Notes under the pieces: model-generated
The model's input: the letters and a program-made list of their open reading frames with translations, nothing else
Databases searched by the model: none
What the model was told of the DNA's origin: nothing
Assembly (NCBI GenBank): GCA_965204745.1
Contig: OZ242010.1
Location: forward strand, 2,368,001 to 2,432,000
From: Candidatus Latescibacterota bacterium
GTDB lineage: Bacteria; Latescibacterota; UBA2968
Reading direction: 5' to 3'
DNA: 64,000 nucleotides
In this document: one piece after another, positions 18,682-28,478 of the stretch
Position numbering within the stretch: position 1 is the stretch's first letter
Layout of the letters: every line of letters begins with the position of its first letter
Position numbers and translations under genes: made by a program

Positions 18682-19857
18682 ATGTGGCCTATGATTGCAG
18701 AACCCGGCCTACGCTGTGCAGAGTGCAAACATACTATCCAACCGGGCCGGTTGTGTCTGTCCGAGTTGCCCGAGGAAACGCCGGACGGTGTCAGCCGTGG
18801 CGACTTCAAAAATTACTGCATCGGTTGTCCCGACTGCTGGCGATATGGCAAACACGCCTGTTATGTCCGCTACTTAGACTCCGGGCGAAGCATTGGTAAA
18901 ACGCCCCGCAGTCTGCCCTGTGCCCGTTGCGGTCAACGCATTGGAGCGGATGAAAAAGCCGGTGTTGATATTTACTACGACTGGCCCGGCGAAACCGAAG
19001 ACGGTCATAGCAGGACACTGACCCAAGCCAGCGTCGCCGGACTGACCGCCGCTACCCAGGTAGGCACAGTCATACGCGGCGTGCCCGATGGCTCTTTCGC
19101 CAGCCTTACCGACAGTCTGCAACGCAAATTTATGGACGCCGGACTACGTGACGGAACAAGAAGCTTTGCCGAAGCCCAAGCTCTTTATCAAGAATCAGTG
19201 CCCTTATTCGTCCAAAACTACGGCGAAGATGCCGTGAAGCAATTCCTACAAGGCAAGGACGCCAGCCACATCAAGTCAGTGCATAATGCGCCTCACTTGG
19301 CTACCGACCATAGCAACATTCTATGGGAAAACTCCGGTATCAATCGCGCCCGAGGGGCCGCCGATATGACCGGAAGGGAGCATCTCAATGCCCAAGCCAC
19401 CAACGCCTTTGACGCTTCGCAAATCATGTTGCGGGAATGTGCTACCGCCGCTGGTTCCGCCGCTCTATTCGCCGCTCTACTTGAAGCCCCGGTCAGCGGC
19501 ATTGAAAACTACATCCATTACAGGAAAGGTCGCAAAACAGGCGAGGAAGCCATCAAGGATGCTGCCAAATCTATCGCTATACACGCCGGTTCTGCCGCCA
19601 TCGTCGGCATCGGCGTAACCATCGCTATCGGTTTGGGAGCCGGCCCCATCATCGCCACGCTTGCCCCCATCCTAATGCCCATAGGTTTCGCGTTGTATGG
19701 CAGTAGCGTCCTGAAACGCATTCTGAACGCACTGGCAGATGGCCTGCCGTTGCATCGAATAGGCACTTACTTCTGTAGTCCTCGTTGCCATACTATGTTC
19801 GCTTACGAGACGGGTAAGTCGGCCTTGATACGGTGGGAAGCGAATCGAATTGCGTAA
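18682..19857 (+). CDS. Hypothetical protein: Cys-rich N-terminus, HNH-like motif, hydrophobic C-terminus
   Basis: CAEC, CIGCPDC, CARC; DASHIKS...NILWENSGINRARG; hydrophobic stretch AAIVGIGVTIAIGLGAGPIIATLAPILMPIGFALYG; YFCSPRC; RBS gaggag. Confidence 0.75.
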   Translation: MWPMIAEPGLRCAECKHTIQPGRLCLSELPEETPDGVSRGDFKNYCIGCPDCWRYGKHACYVRYLDSGRSIGKTPRSLPCARCGQRIGADEKAGVDIYYDWPGETEDGHSRTLTQASVAGLTAATQVGTVIRGVPDGSFASLTDSLQRKFMDAGLRDGTRSFAEAQALYQESVPLFVQNYGEDAVKQFLQGKDASHIKSVHNAPHLATDHSNILWENSGINRARGAADMTGREHLNAQATNAFDASQIMLRECATAAGSAALFAALLEAPVSGIENYIHYRKGRKTGEEAIKDAAKSIAIHAGSAAIVGIGVTIAIGLGAGPIIATLAPILMPIGFALYGSSVLKRILNALADGLPLHRIGTYFCSPRCHTMFAYETGKSALIRWEANRIA

Positions 19858-19894
19858 CTGACGTTACGCGGTACATCAAATAAGGAGAGCACCA

Positions 19895-20755
19895 ATGAGT
19901 CAATACCCGTTCAATCTGCGAGGCAAGCAAGAACATGTGCATGGTACCGGCCTCACAAACAGTCAAATCCAAGAAGGCATTGTCCAGCGTAGCCGCGAGT
20001 TCGTTCTGAAACAAGGGGTTATTATTGCAGATATCGCACATCACGGCTACGACGACTTCAAACTGCAATTCATCCCCACTGAAGGCTCTAGCGAAGAAGC
20101 TACCGCCGCCTCAATTGGTGGAGCCTTCGGTGCTAGTGCCGCCTTGGGCGCACGTTGGCCGCGGCGAAAGCGAGCGCGTTGCCTTGCTGGTGCCGCTTCT
20201 GGTGCCGCCTTGGGTAGAATTGTGCCCGGTGCAGGAACAATAGCTGGCGCGTTGATAGGAGGAGTGGTCGGATATTTCACGGGCAATGCAATCTGGACGC
20301 CTGTCGATTGTCGAGGAACATTCGACGCATCTTGCATCAGGCGAGTCAACGAAGACGGAGAAAACGCCCTTTCACCAGGTAAATACTACATAGAAGTAAC
20401 GGCCAAGGATAGATGGACTTGCAATTTTATTCAGCCTGATTTAGGCCAGCCATGGGGCCCTTTGGTAGTTGAAGATGGTAACTTCGACCAAGACAGCATA
20501 GGGGCAGGACTTCACATCCATGGCCCCTTGGAATCTGGCTACCGACCAACGCTTGCCAACATCTATCACAGGGGCCTCGGAGAATTTTATGCCGCTGCCT
20601 ACAGTGCCGATGGAACCCACCAATGCACTGTATTTCAAGAAACTGGGCAATTCCGAGTTGAGGAATATCAAACAGAGATCAAACCCGGCAAGGAGTACTT
20701 TCTCTATATTGAAGCCCATGGTGATTGGTTCATAACCTTCACTGAAGGGTACTAG
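19895..20755 (+). CDS. Hypothetical protein with a glycine-zipper segment and beta-rich flanks
   Basis: AGAASGAALGRIVPGAGTIAGALIGGVVGY; RBS aaggag. Confidence 0.7.
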   Translation: MSQYPFNLRGKQEHVHGTGLTNSQIQEGIVQRSREFVLKQGVIIADIAHHGYDDFKLQFIPTEGSSEEATAASIGGAFGASAALGARWPRRKRARCLAGAASGAALGRIVPGAGTIAGALIGGVVGYFTGNAIWTPVDCRGTFDASCIRRVNEDGENALSPGKYYIEVTAKDRWTCNFIQPDLGQPWGPLVVEDGNFDQDSIGAGLHIHGPLESGYRPTLANIYHRGLGEFYAAAYSADGTHQCTVFQETGQFRVEEYQTEIKPGKEYFLYIEAHGDWFITFTEGY

Positions 20756-20943
20756 GGTATGTGCGATAAATGCTTTACGCGGGTTCTCCCCGTCGTTATT
20801 CCCGTAAGCGTGTGTTGGAATGACGTATAGTGCAACTTGGGCAATTATCACATCCGAATATCCCTTGAAACAAACGTGCGGGTTGGTTATATTCTGCACG
20901 CGAAATTTTTCCCTGTAAATGCACATCTCAAGGAGGACGTGTT

Positions 20944-22092
20944 TTGAGCAACAACGATTGGAGGACGCACAACGAATCGGGCAGCAAGCGCGTGGTCGTG
21001 ACCAAGGAATTGCCCGGTGACCGCTGGCTCGAGATTCTCACAGCGGCGGATTGCCGCGTGGAAATCGGCACCTCGACCGAAATTTTGAGTGTCGAAGAGA
21101 TCAAAGACAAAATTGGCGATGCGTGCGATGGCGTGATCGGGCAGTTGACCGAAACCTGGGGCGAACCCCTGTTTGCCGCGCTCGAGAACGCGGGCGGCAA
21201 AGCGTATTCAAACTACGCGGTGGGGTACAACAATGTCGCTGTGGATGCGGCGACAAAATGCGGCATTCCCGTGGGCAATACCCCGGGGGTTTTGACCGAG
21301 ACCACAGCGGAAATGGCTATCGCACTGACGTTTTCAGCCGCGCGGCGCGTGGTCGAAGCCGACGCGTTTATGCGCGCTGAAAAATATCGCGGCTGGTTGC
21401 CCACGCTCTATTTGGGCGAGTTGATGACCGGCAAAACCGTGGGCGTGATCGGCGCCGGGCGCATCGGCTGCGCGTATGCCAAGATGATGGTCGAGGGGTT
21501 CAAGATGAACGCGGTCTATTACGACCCCTATCCCAATGCGTATATGGAAAAATACATCGCGGCTTATGGCGACTTCTTGGCGTCTCAAGGCGATTCGCCC
21601 GTGACCTGCCAACGCTTGGACTTGGTCGAAGACGTGTTGCAGGTCGCCGACGTGGTGAGTTTGCACCCGCTGTTGGACGACACCACCTTCCACCTGATGA
21701 ACACCGAGCGACTGTCCCTGATGAAAGACAATGCCATTTTGATCAATGCCAGCCGCGGGCCGGTGATCGACGAGACCGCCTTGGTCGAACACTGCAAAAC
21801 CCACCCGAATTTCCGGGTCGGACTCGACGTGTTTGAAGACGAGCCTGAGATGAAACCCGGCCTCAAAGACTTGGACAATGTGGTCATCGTGCCGCATATC
21901 GCGTCTGCGACGATCTGGACGCGCTCTGGCATGGCGACATTGGCCGCGTCCAACGTGGCTGGCGTTTTGAACGGGTATGGCGCGTGGCAAAACCAAGACG
22001 ATGTGTTGCCCTTCTTGGGCGACGATCCCCCAAAGGCCGCGCCGAGCATTGTCAATGCGAAAGAGGTCGGCCTGTCCGCCCATGAGGGCTAA
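20944..22092 (+). CDS. D-glycerate dehydrogenase / hydroxypyruvate reductase, plant-HPR-like
   Basis: DGVIGQLTE, AVGYNN, NTPGVLTETTAE, GAGRIG, MMVEGFKMN, NASRG, LDVFEDEP, PHIASA; TTG start after aggagg. Confidence 0.9.
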   Translation: MSNNDWRTHNESGSKRVVVTKELPGDRWLEILTAADCRVEIGTSTEILSVEEIKDKIGDACDGVIGQLTETWGEPLFAALENAGGKAYSNYAVGYNNVAVDAATKCGIPVGNTPGVLTETTAEMAIALTFSAARRVVEADAFMRAEKYRGWLPTLYLGELMTGKTVGVIGAGRIGCAYAKMMVEGFKMNAVYYDPYPNAYMEKYIAAYGDFLASQGDSPVTCQRLDLVEDVLQVADVVSLHPLLDDTTFHLMNTERLSLMKDNAILINASRGPVIDETALVEHCKTHPNFRVGLDVFEDEPEMKPGLKDLDNVVIVPHIASATIWTRSGMATLAASNVAGVLNGYGAWQNQDDVLPFLGDDPPKAAPSIVNAKEVGLSAHEG

Positions 22093-22107
22093 GCGTTGTT
22101 CGCATCC

Positions 22108-22146
22108 AAAACGAGTCGGTCATCTCGCGTGATCGGCTCGTTTTTG
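22108..22146 (+). terminator. Intrinsic terminator
   Basis: aaaacgagtcggtca / tgatcggctcgttttt stem-loop. Confidence 0.7.
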
Positions 22147-22237
22147 TGTACGCGACAAAACGCATAGACGACAAATTTACGGTGGGAATTGTTGGGCGAA
22201 CCAATGCGCCGAGAGGTCTCACGCCTTCAATAAACAC

Positions 22238-22271
22238 AAACGCCATCGACAAATTGCCGATGGCGTTTTTT
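22238..22271. terminator. Second hairpin between convergent genes
   Basis: aaacgccatcg / cgatggcgtttttt. Confidence 0.55.
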
Positions 22272-22305
22272 CGGTTTCAAAATACGGACAAAAGCGCGGA
22301 TTAGT

Positions 22306-22767
22306 TCACACAGCGGTTCGTCTCTTGCGTCGGTCGAAAACGTAAAATTTGACGAGCCCAATCGCGCCGCCTAGCCCACAGGAAATCACGACAAAGCGAT
22401 ACTTCGAAACTTCGGCATAGCGAAACGAGGCGCCCGTCGCGCCGATAGTCACGATCACAAACGAGAGATGAATGAGCTTTTGACCGATGTGCGGATTGGC
22501 AAAGGAGGCGATCAAAATCAACACGAGTGCCGTGTGAAAAATGACAAATCCCGCGTACCCATTTCGCACAGCCAAATCGAATTGCCAATCGTAGCGATAA
22601 ATCCAAACCATGAGCACATGGGCAAAAACGATCAGCGCGACAGCTCGCCACAGCGCAAGCGGGTATCGATCTCGCAGCGTGAGCACGACCGTAGCGGTCA
22701 ATCCCACATATCCCACAATCGCCATCAAAAAACAGATAAAAATTGCTGTTGTCCCTTCGCCGATCAT
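22306..22767 (-). CDS. Small integral membrane protein
   Basis: About five hydrophobic segments, several intramembrane His, basic C-terminus. Confidence 0.7.
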   Translation of the reverse strand: MIGEGTTAIFICFLMAIVGYVGLTATVVLTLRDRYPLALWRAVALIVFAHVLMVWIYRYDWQFDLAVRNGYAGFVIFHTALVLILIASFANPHIGQKLIHLSFVIVTIGATGASFRYAEVSKYRFVVISCGLGGAIGLVKFYVFDRRKRRTAV

Positions 22768-22821
22768 CGCAAGGGCCTCCCTTTTTTGTTCTGAGGGTGT
22801 GTTGACATTTTATTTTTGGAT

Positions 22822-23275
22822 CTGACGTTACGCACAGATTAGCAAATGTGTTGCTTGCTCATTTAAGGCGTTTGGTCCTACAGCCTCGTTTGCTACCTTC
22901 GATGCCTTCGGCGACTTACTTTTTTTCAACAGCAAAAAAAAGTAAGCAAAAAATGCCGCTCTCAAACGCCGAGGGGCTTGCACAGCGCAAATCGCTTTTG
23001 TAACAGTACGACATGTGCCAGCCTGCAAAGAGGGTTGCAAGATGGACATTGGTTGCGAGACGGCCTTGCGCGCTGTGCGTGATGGCTTGATCGGATGGTG
23101 TTTTGTGATGGCACTTATTGGGATGCCTTCTTTGAACTGCGAAACGTCCGTGAATACGATGCGTGTGGTAACAAAAGTGAGAAAGCTGAAGGAGCGACTG
23201 TTTCAGTTTCTCAAACCGAGAGCATATTCGCGATAGGGCTTGATTTTCTCGATAAACCGTTCAAGCCAGCTTATG
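22822..23275. repeat. ~450-bp non-coding repeated element containing a palindrome
   Basis: cttactttttttt-caacagc-aaaaaaaagtaag hairpin; 3' part recurs at 1-90. Confidence 0.6.
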
Positions 23276-23287
23276 TGATTGTTTCTT

Positions 23288-24658
23288 CTATTTTACCCGA
23301 TTAAACCCATTGAGCGCGGCGACTCGGTAGGCTTCGGCCATCGTGGGATAGTTAAACGTGGTGTTGATGAAGTACATCAGGGTATTGGCTTCGCCTTGTT
23401 GCGCCATAATCGCCTGCCCAATGTGGATGATCTCAGACGCCTGCGACCCGAAGCAGTGAATGCCCAAAATTTCAAAGGTCTCTCGGTGAAACAGAATTTT
23501 GAGCATGCCCGTGAGGCGGCCCGTCACCTGTGCCCGCGCAATGTGGCGAAAGTACGCATGGCCCACCTCGTAGGGAACTCTCTCTGCGGTGAGTTCTTTT
23601 TCCGTGAACCCGATAGAACTGATCTCGGGAATGGTGTAAATCCCGGTGGGGATGTCCTCTACGAGTTGTTGCTCGCATTCGCCAAAAATGAGGTGCGTGG
23701 CGGCAAACCTGCCTTGGTCATAAGCCGCGCTCGCCAAATTGGGAAACCCGACCACGTCGCCAACCGCATAAATGTGGGGTTGGGCGAGGGTCTGGTACGC
23801 GTCGTTGATGAGAATGGAGCCGCGTTCATCGGTCTCGATCCCGATGTTTTCCAACCCCATGCGGTCCGAATTGCCCGTGCGCCCTTGTGCCCAAAGGAGA
23901 ATGTCGCTGACGATTTGCTTGTTGGATTGGAGATACACGCGCACTTCTTCGTCATTGGCTTCGACTCGGTCATATTCCTCGTTATGGCGAATACGCACCC
24001 CGTTTTGGCTGAGGTGGTAACTGAGCGCGTCGATGATCTCGTCGTCGAGGTACGAGAGCAACTGGCTGCGGCTGTTGATGAGGTTGACCTTGATCCGCAA
24101 CCCGCGAAAAATCGACGCGTATTCACACCCGATGACCCCCGCGCCGTAAATGGTGATGATGCGCGGCGTTTTTTCGAGGTTGAGGATGGTGTCGCTATCG
24201 CGGATGCGCGGATGCGAAAAGTCGATGTCCGGCGGGTGATACGGCCGCGACCCGGTGGCGATGACAAATCCCCGCGCAGTATAGCGTTCCGTCCCCCCGT
24301 TGAGCAGCGCGACCTCGAGCGTGTGGGCATCCACAAAGGACGCCCTGCCCAGGATGATATCGACCTCGTTGCGCTGGTAATACCCCGTGCGAAGGTCGAC
24401 CTGATGCCCGATCAGATCCGCGGCCCGGTCGAGCAACTCGGGAAAGCGCGTCGTGCGGTGCGCGTTGATGTCGATCAACTGCTGCACATAGTGGCGCAGG
24501 GCCTTGCTCGGAATCGTGCCCCTGTGCGTGCTGTTGCCGCCCACGCTGGTAAAATTGTCGATCACGGCGACGCGCTTGCCCTCTTTGACGGATTTCATCG
24601 CCGCGCCTTCGCCGCCCGGCCCGGTGCCAATGACGAGAATGTCGTAGTCGAAAGTCAT
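23288..24658 (-). CDS. sthA: Soluble pyridine nucleotide transhydrogenase
   Basis: [26 protein letters not shown] (no redox Cys pair), [35 protein letters not shown]. Confidence 0.95.
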   Translation of the reverse strand: MTFDYDILVIGTGPGGEGAAMKSVKEGKRVAVIDNFTSVGGNSTHRGTIPSKALRHYVQQLIDINAHRTTRFPELLDRAADLIGHQVDLRTGYYQRNEVDIILGRASFVDAHTLEVALLNGGTERYTARGFVIATGSRPYHPPDIDFSHPRIRDSDTILNLEKTPRIITIYGAGVIGCEYASIFRGLRIKVNLINSRSQLLSYLDDEIIDALSYHLSQNGVRIRHNEEYDRVEANDEEVRVYLQSNKQIVSDILLWAQGRTGNSDRMGLENIGIETDERGSILINDAYQTLAQPHIYAVGDVVGFPNLASAAYDQGRFAATHLIFGECEQQLVEDIPTGIYTIPEISSIGFTEKELTAERVPYEVGHAYFRHIARAQVTGRLTGMLKILFHRETFEILGIHCFGSQASEIIHIGQAIMAQQGEANTLMYFINTTFNYPTMAEAYRVAALNGFNRVK

Positions 24659-25416
24659 AGCTTACGATTTTGGTCTAAAAATCCGCGTTGCACCAAAAAT
24701 TCATCCATCTGCGCGACCGTCTGATCGTAATCCGCGCCATCGCCGCGGCCATAATTGAAAAAGCCATGCCCCCTGCCTTCGTACGCGCACATCGCGCAAA
24801 CATTGCCCGCATCGCGCATGGCTGTTGTGAAGCGTTCGGCCTGTTCAAAAGGCACGGTGGTATCCTGCGTGCCGTGAAAAATAATCGTGGGCGGCAGGTC
24901 GGGACGAACATGGTGAACCGGCGAAATTTCCCGGGGCGACTCGAACCGGGCCGCCAAGCGTTCCAACGCAACCACGTCGACGACCGGGTTGAACAGCACC
25001 ATCGCATTGGGCCGGGACGAGAGGGCCGCGTCCTCACCATCCGCATCCGAGCCGGGCACCGTGCCTGTACACGCGCCGACATGCCCGCCGGCGGACCCGC
25101 CGCCGGATGCGATGCGGTCGGGGTCGATATTGAGTTCATCCGCGTGCGCCCGCAGCCAGCGAACCGCGGATTTGCCATCTTCCACGCACTCGTAAGGCGA
25201 CGTGCCGTGCTTGCTCTTGATGCGGTATTCCGCCGAAGCCGCGAGCATCCCGCGCCCGGCGAGGTATTCGCAATGCGGAAAAAATTGTTGCGGACGCCCA
25301 CCAGTCCACCCCCCGCCAAAAAAGAAGACAATCGCCGCGGTCCGTTCATCCGCGTCCGGTTCAAAAATGTGAATGACCAACTCGCCCTGCGGCGTGGTTT
25401 TATACATCCGTTGCAT
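24655..25416 (-). CDS. Alpha/beta hydrolase (esterase)
   Basis: FFGGGW oxyanion loop, [21 protein letters not shown]. Confidence 0.9.
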   Translation of the reverse strand: MQRMYKTTPQGELVIHIFEPDADERTAAIVFFFGGGWTGGRPQQFFPHCEYLAGRGMLAASAEYRIKSKHGTSPYECVEDGKSAVRWLRAHADELNIDPDRIASGGGSAGGHVGACTGTVPGSDADGEDAALSSRPNAMVLFNPVVDVVALERLAARFESPREISPVHHVRPDLPPTIIFHGTQDTTVPFEQAERFTTAMRDAGNVCAMCAYEGRGHGFFNYGRGDGADYDQTVAQMDEFLVQRGFLDQNRKL

Positions 25417-25494
25417 GGGAGCCTCCTTTTAGATTGATCAGTTGCTGTCCGTTTTTGTCGCTTTGGCATACGCCCCATAGCGCGTTTTTTGTTA

Positions 25495-26175
25495 TCACCG
25501 GAGTGCCTTCTCCGCGGCATCGAGTTGCGCCTTGTCGTTGATCGGCAGCCAGTAATCGCCTTCGATCACCTCGATTTTTCGGCCTGCTGCGATCAACTGC
25601 ATCCACATATCGGGCACCTCGTATTCACCGCGCGCCGAGGGCGTCATCGCCAGATCGAAAAAATCCGCGTCCATCACCATCGCCCCGTTCCAAACCAAAT
25701 CCGAAACAAACGCCTTGGGCTTTTCCACAGCATGCACGAGAAAGCCATCCGCATCCGTGACCAAGACCCCAAAATTTTGCGGACGCGCCACACGCGAACC
25801 AAGCACCGCCAGGCCCCGTTGCTGCACCAGAGCGCGCAGACTGCGCGGGCCGAAAATGTCATCTCCGACCATCCCAAGCCATCGCCCGGCGATCACAGGC
25901 GCCGCCGCCCGAAACGCATGGGCCAAACCCAAGGGTTCATCCTGAACGCAAAACACAATGCGCCGCCCCCGGTACGCGCCCTCGGCAAAGTGCCGCCGAA
26001 TCGCCTCCTCGTGTGGCCCGCCCACGACAAACACCAAGTCGCGCACCTCCTCCGGCAACCGATCTAGCACATGCTCCACAATGGGCTTGCCCGCGACCGG
26101 CAACAAATGCTTCGGCCCCGCGTAATTCCTCGCCATCCGCGTTCCCTTCCCGGCCAATAAGACAACAGCTTGCAT
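25495..26175 (-). CDS. Sugar-phosphate nucleotidyltransferase
   Basis: LAGKGTRM..PKHLLPVAGKP, QDEPLGLAHA, VEKP, SARGEYE. Confidence 0.9.
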   Translation of the reverse strand: MQAVVLLAGKGTRMARNYAGPKHLLPVAGKPIVEHVLDRLPEEVRDLVFVVGGPHEEAIRRHFAEGAYRGRRIVFCVQDEPLGLAHAFRAAAPVIAGRWLGMVGDDIFGPRSLRALVQQRGLAVLGSRVARPQNFGVLVTDADGFLVHAVEKPKAFVSDLVWNGAMVMDADFFDLAMTPSARGEYEVPDMWMQLIAAGRKIEVIEGDYWLPINDKAQLDAAEKALR

Positions 26176-26191
26176 AGATCACCTGTGAAGG

Positions 26192-26650
26192 CAGTGGTCA
26201 GTGGTCAGTTCCCACCCCGCCCAACCCCCCTTCGGTGAGAGGTAAGACGGGAGAGGCAAGAAACAGGCTCTAAGTGGTCAGTGGTCAGCGGTCAGTTCCC
26301 ACCCCGCCCAACCCCCTTCGGTGAGAGGTAAGACGGGAGAGGCAAGAAACAGGCTCCAAGCAGTCAGTGGTCAGACCGCCCCACCCGTCCGCAGACGTAA
26401 GAGGGCAGAGGGGAGAGGTGAGAAGGCCCACCGCCCAACCCCCTTCGGTGAGAGGTAAGACGGGAGAGGCAAGAAACAGGCTCCAAGCAGTCAGTGGTCA
26501 GTAGTCAGACCGCCCCACCCGTCCGCAGAAGTAAGAGGGCAGAGGGGAGAAGGCCCACCGCCCAACCCCCTTCGGTGAGAGGTAAGACAGGAGAGGCAAG
26601 AAACAGGCTCCAAACGGTCAGTAGTCAGCGGTCAGTTCCCACCCCGCCCG
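26192..26650. repeat. Composite tandem array: four copies of a 52-bp module alternating with heptamer tracts
   Basis: cgcccaacccccttcggtgagaggtaagacgggagaggcaagaaacaggctc at 26218, 26305, 26432 and 26559; (gtggtca)n tracts between them. Confidence 0.9.
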
Positions 26651-26785
26651 TGTTTTTCCTCACTCCTCTTGTATCTTCGGACAGGCACGGGGGCATGTCC
26701 TTACCATGACTCGTCTCTCGCGTTGGAACAACTTGGTAGGTGAGGTTGGTGGCCCTCTTACTTCTCACGTCTCGCGTCTCACGCC

Positions 26786-27766
26786 TTAATGACTCTGGCG
26801 ATAGTGCTGCTTGAGAATGTCGTCGCCGAAATCGTTGGTCAGGTCGCGCCAGACCGCGTGGATGTGGTTGGCTTGGTTTTGGGTGCAATCGTATTCGGCG
26901 AGGAAAGTGGTGCCGAGCACGCGATAGTAGTGGCCTTCGCCGCGCTGAATCCCCCCGGCCCAGGCAAAGGCCGCGGTGTCGAGGGAGACGAGGTTGGCGC
27001 GTTGGGCCTCGGCGATGGTATCGGGCAGGCGCGTGACATACACATCGAGCAGTGCGGTGACGACCTCGCGTTGGGCCGCGGTCATATCCTTGAGTTGCAG
27101 GCCCTCAATTTGAACTTCGTCTGTGACTTGAGGCGCGTTGCGCGTGAGAATGTCGTGCGGGGCTTTGGCGCTGATGATCGCCACGCGCTTTTGTTCCCCG
27201 TCCAAAGACGCGAGCAGGTCGCGGGCCAAATCCTCTTCTTCCTCGAGTGCGCGCAAGCCCTCATGCTCCCCGTGCCGAACCTGCGCGGGATTGGACCCAA
27301 AAAAAATCGGCGTGGGCGCGACGAGCGTGCCATCGACAATCGTGTAGTTGACCGAAACGTGATGGCCTTCAAACCGCCAACTCCACGTCGCGTCGCCGCC
27401 GGGAGTGCCAAAAATGACGAGGTCGTACAGGTCCGGATCGCGTGGGAAGCGTCGCCTGGGACCTTCAACTTCCGCGAGAATCGGCTCCAAGCTGATGATC
27501 GTTCTGGCTTTGTCACGCGCTTGTTCGCTCAATCCCGTGTCGAGCAGAGTAAACGCCTTGGCGCGTTGATGTGCCTCCATGTCTTTGAGCGCGAGGCCCA
27601 AGCGGTCGCGGGGAATATAATGCCAGTCGCGCCGCACATCCTCATCGCCAAACGCCAGTTGCGCGATCCCCGCTTGATCGGGCCGCAAAGAAGCCAAAAA
27701 CGCCGTGGCCGCATCGGCCATGCGCTCGGCTGTGTCGATCTGGGTATAGCGTTCTTCGAGTGTCAT
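26786..27766 (-). CDS. DUF3500 family protein
   Basis: WHYIPRDR.GL, WRFEGHHVSVN, PIFFGSNP, EYD..QN.ANHIHAVWRD..NDFG; RBS aggagg. Confidence 0.88.
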   Translation of the reverse strand: MTLEERYTQIDTAERMADAATAFLASLRPDQAGIAQLAFGDEDVRRDWHYIPRDRLGLALKDMEAHQRAKAFTLLDTGLSEQARDKARTIISLEPILAEVEGPRRRFPRDPDLYDLVIFGTPGGDATWSWRFEGHHVSVNYTIVDGTLVAPTPIFFGSNPAQVRHGEHEGLRALEEEEDLARDLLASLDGEQKRVAIISAKAPHDILTRNAPQVTDEVQIEGLQLKDMTAAQREVVTALLDVYVTRLPDTIAEAQRANLVSLDTAAFAWAGGIQRGEGHYYRVLGTTFLAEYDCTQNQANHIHAVWRDLTNDFGDDILKQHYRQSH

Positions 27767-28167
27767 GTTCTCCTCCTGTGTTGGTTGTTAGTCCGCAACC
27801 CTGCCCATTGGCCCCGGGCGTGCTTCCTCTCTCCACCGCGCTGCCCGTGCGGCCTCACCTTACCGCCCCTCCGCCCGTGCGTTCCCTTCCCGGCCTCACC
27901 CCGCCGTGTGCGTGTCTCTGGCCTCACGCCCCAAGGGGTCAGCATCAGTTCCACTCAACCCCCGTGCCTGTCCGTGTATATAATAAGCTCTCAGTGATCA
28001 GTCCGCAACCTTGCCTATCGGCCCCGTGCGTGCTCGGCCTGTCCCCACCCCACCATGTCTGAATCGCGGATTAAACGGATTAGGGGATTGCGCGGATTAC
28101 CCCCACCGCCCTACCACCGCTTCATCGTTCCCACTCCGCTATGTCCTTCGCATCCCCTGCCGCCATA

Positions 28168-28472
28168 GAGACCTATCCCCCCGGCCCCCGTTATTCGCTT
28201 CGCTCATTGTAGGACGCCTGTGCCTACAAGGAAAGGGGGAGCGCATGGCTTTCTTAAAGGTTTGCATCCAGGGCTATTCTGATGGCTTTGAGCGAATGGA
28301 TCACGCCATGAACCCCAAAAACCGCTCGCCATTCCCCCCTTCCTCGCAGGAAGGGGGGAATGGGGTAGGTCCCAATCCCCTCGCAAAACCTCTCACCATT
28401 CCCCCTTCCTCGTAGGCACAGGCGTAGCCTACAACGAAGCGTAGCGAGTAACGGGGCTAGGGGGTAGGTCCC
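28168..28472. repeat. Repeat family A copy in opposite orientation with nested hairpins
   Basis: gacctatcccccggcccc...ggggtaggtccc termini; interior is the reverse complement of blocks at 34700-34990. Confidence 0.85.
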
Positions 28473-28478
28473 AATTCC

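Larger units (their letters stand above)
17515..20870. mobile_element. Putative genomic islet bounded by an 18-bp direct repeat
   Basis: tccgaatatcccttgaaa at 17515-17532 and 20853-20870; spot count 23/60 G+C at 17641-17700 versus 37/60 at 17161-17220; no recombinase inside. Confidence 0.6.

Noticed and set aside
19851-19870. Possible integron attC site (gcgtaac..gttacgc)
   Set aside because: Only 4 nt separate the arms, far too short for attC; no integron integrase is present.
26192-26650. Possible CRISPR array
   Set aside because: The intervening sequences are themselves repeated and low-complexity rather than unique spacers, spacing is irregular, and no cas genes are present.
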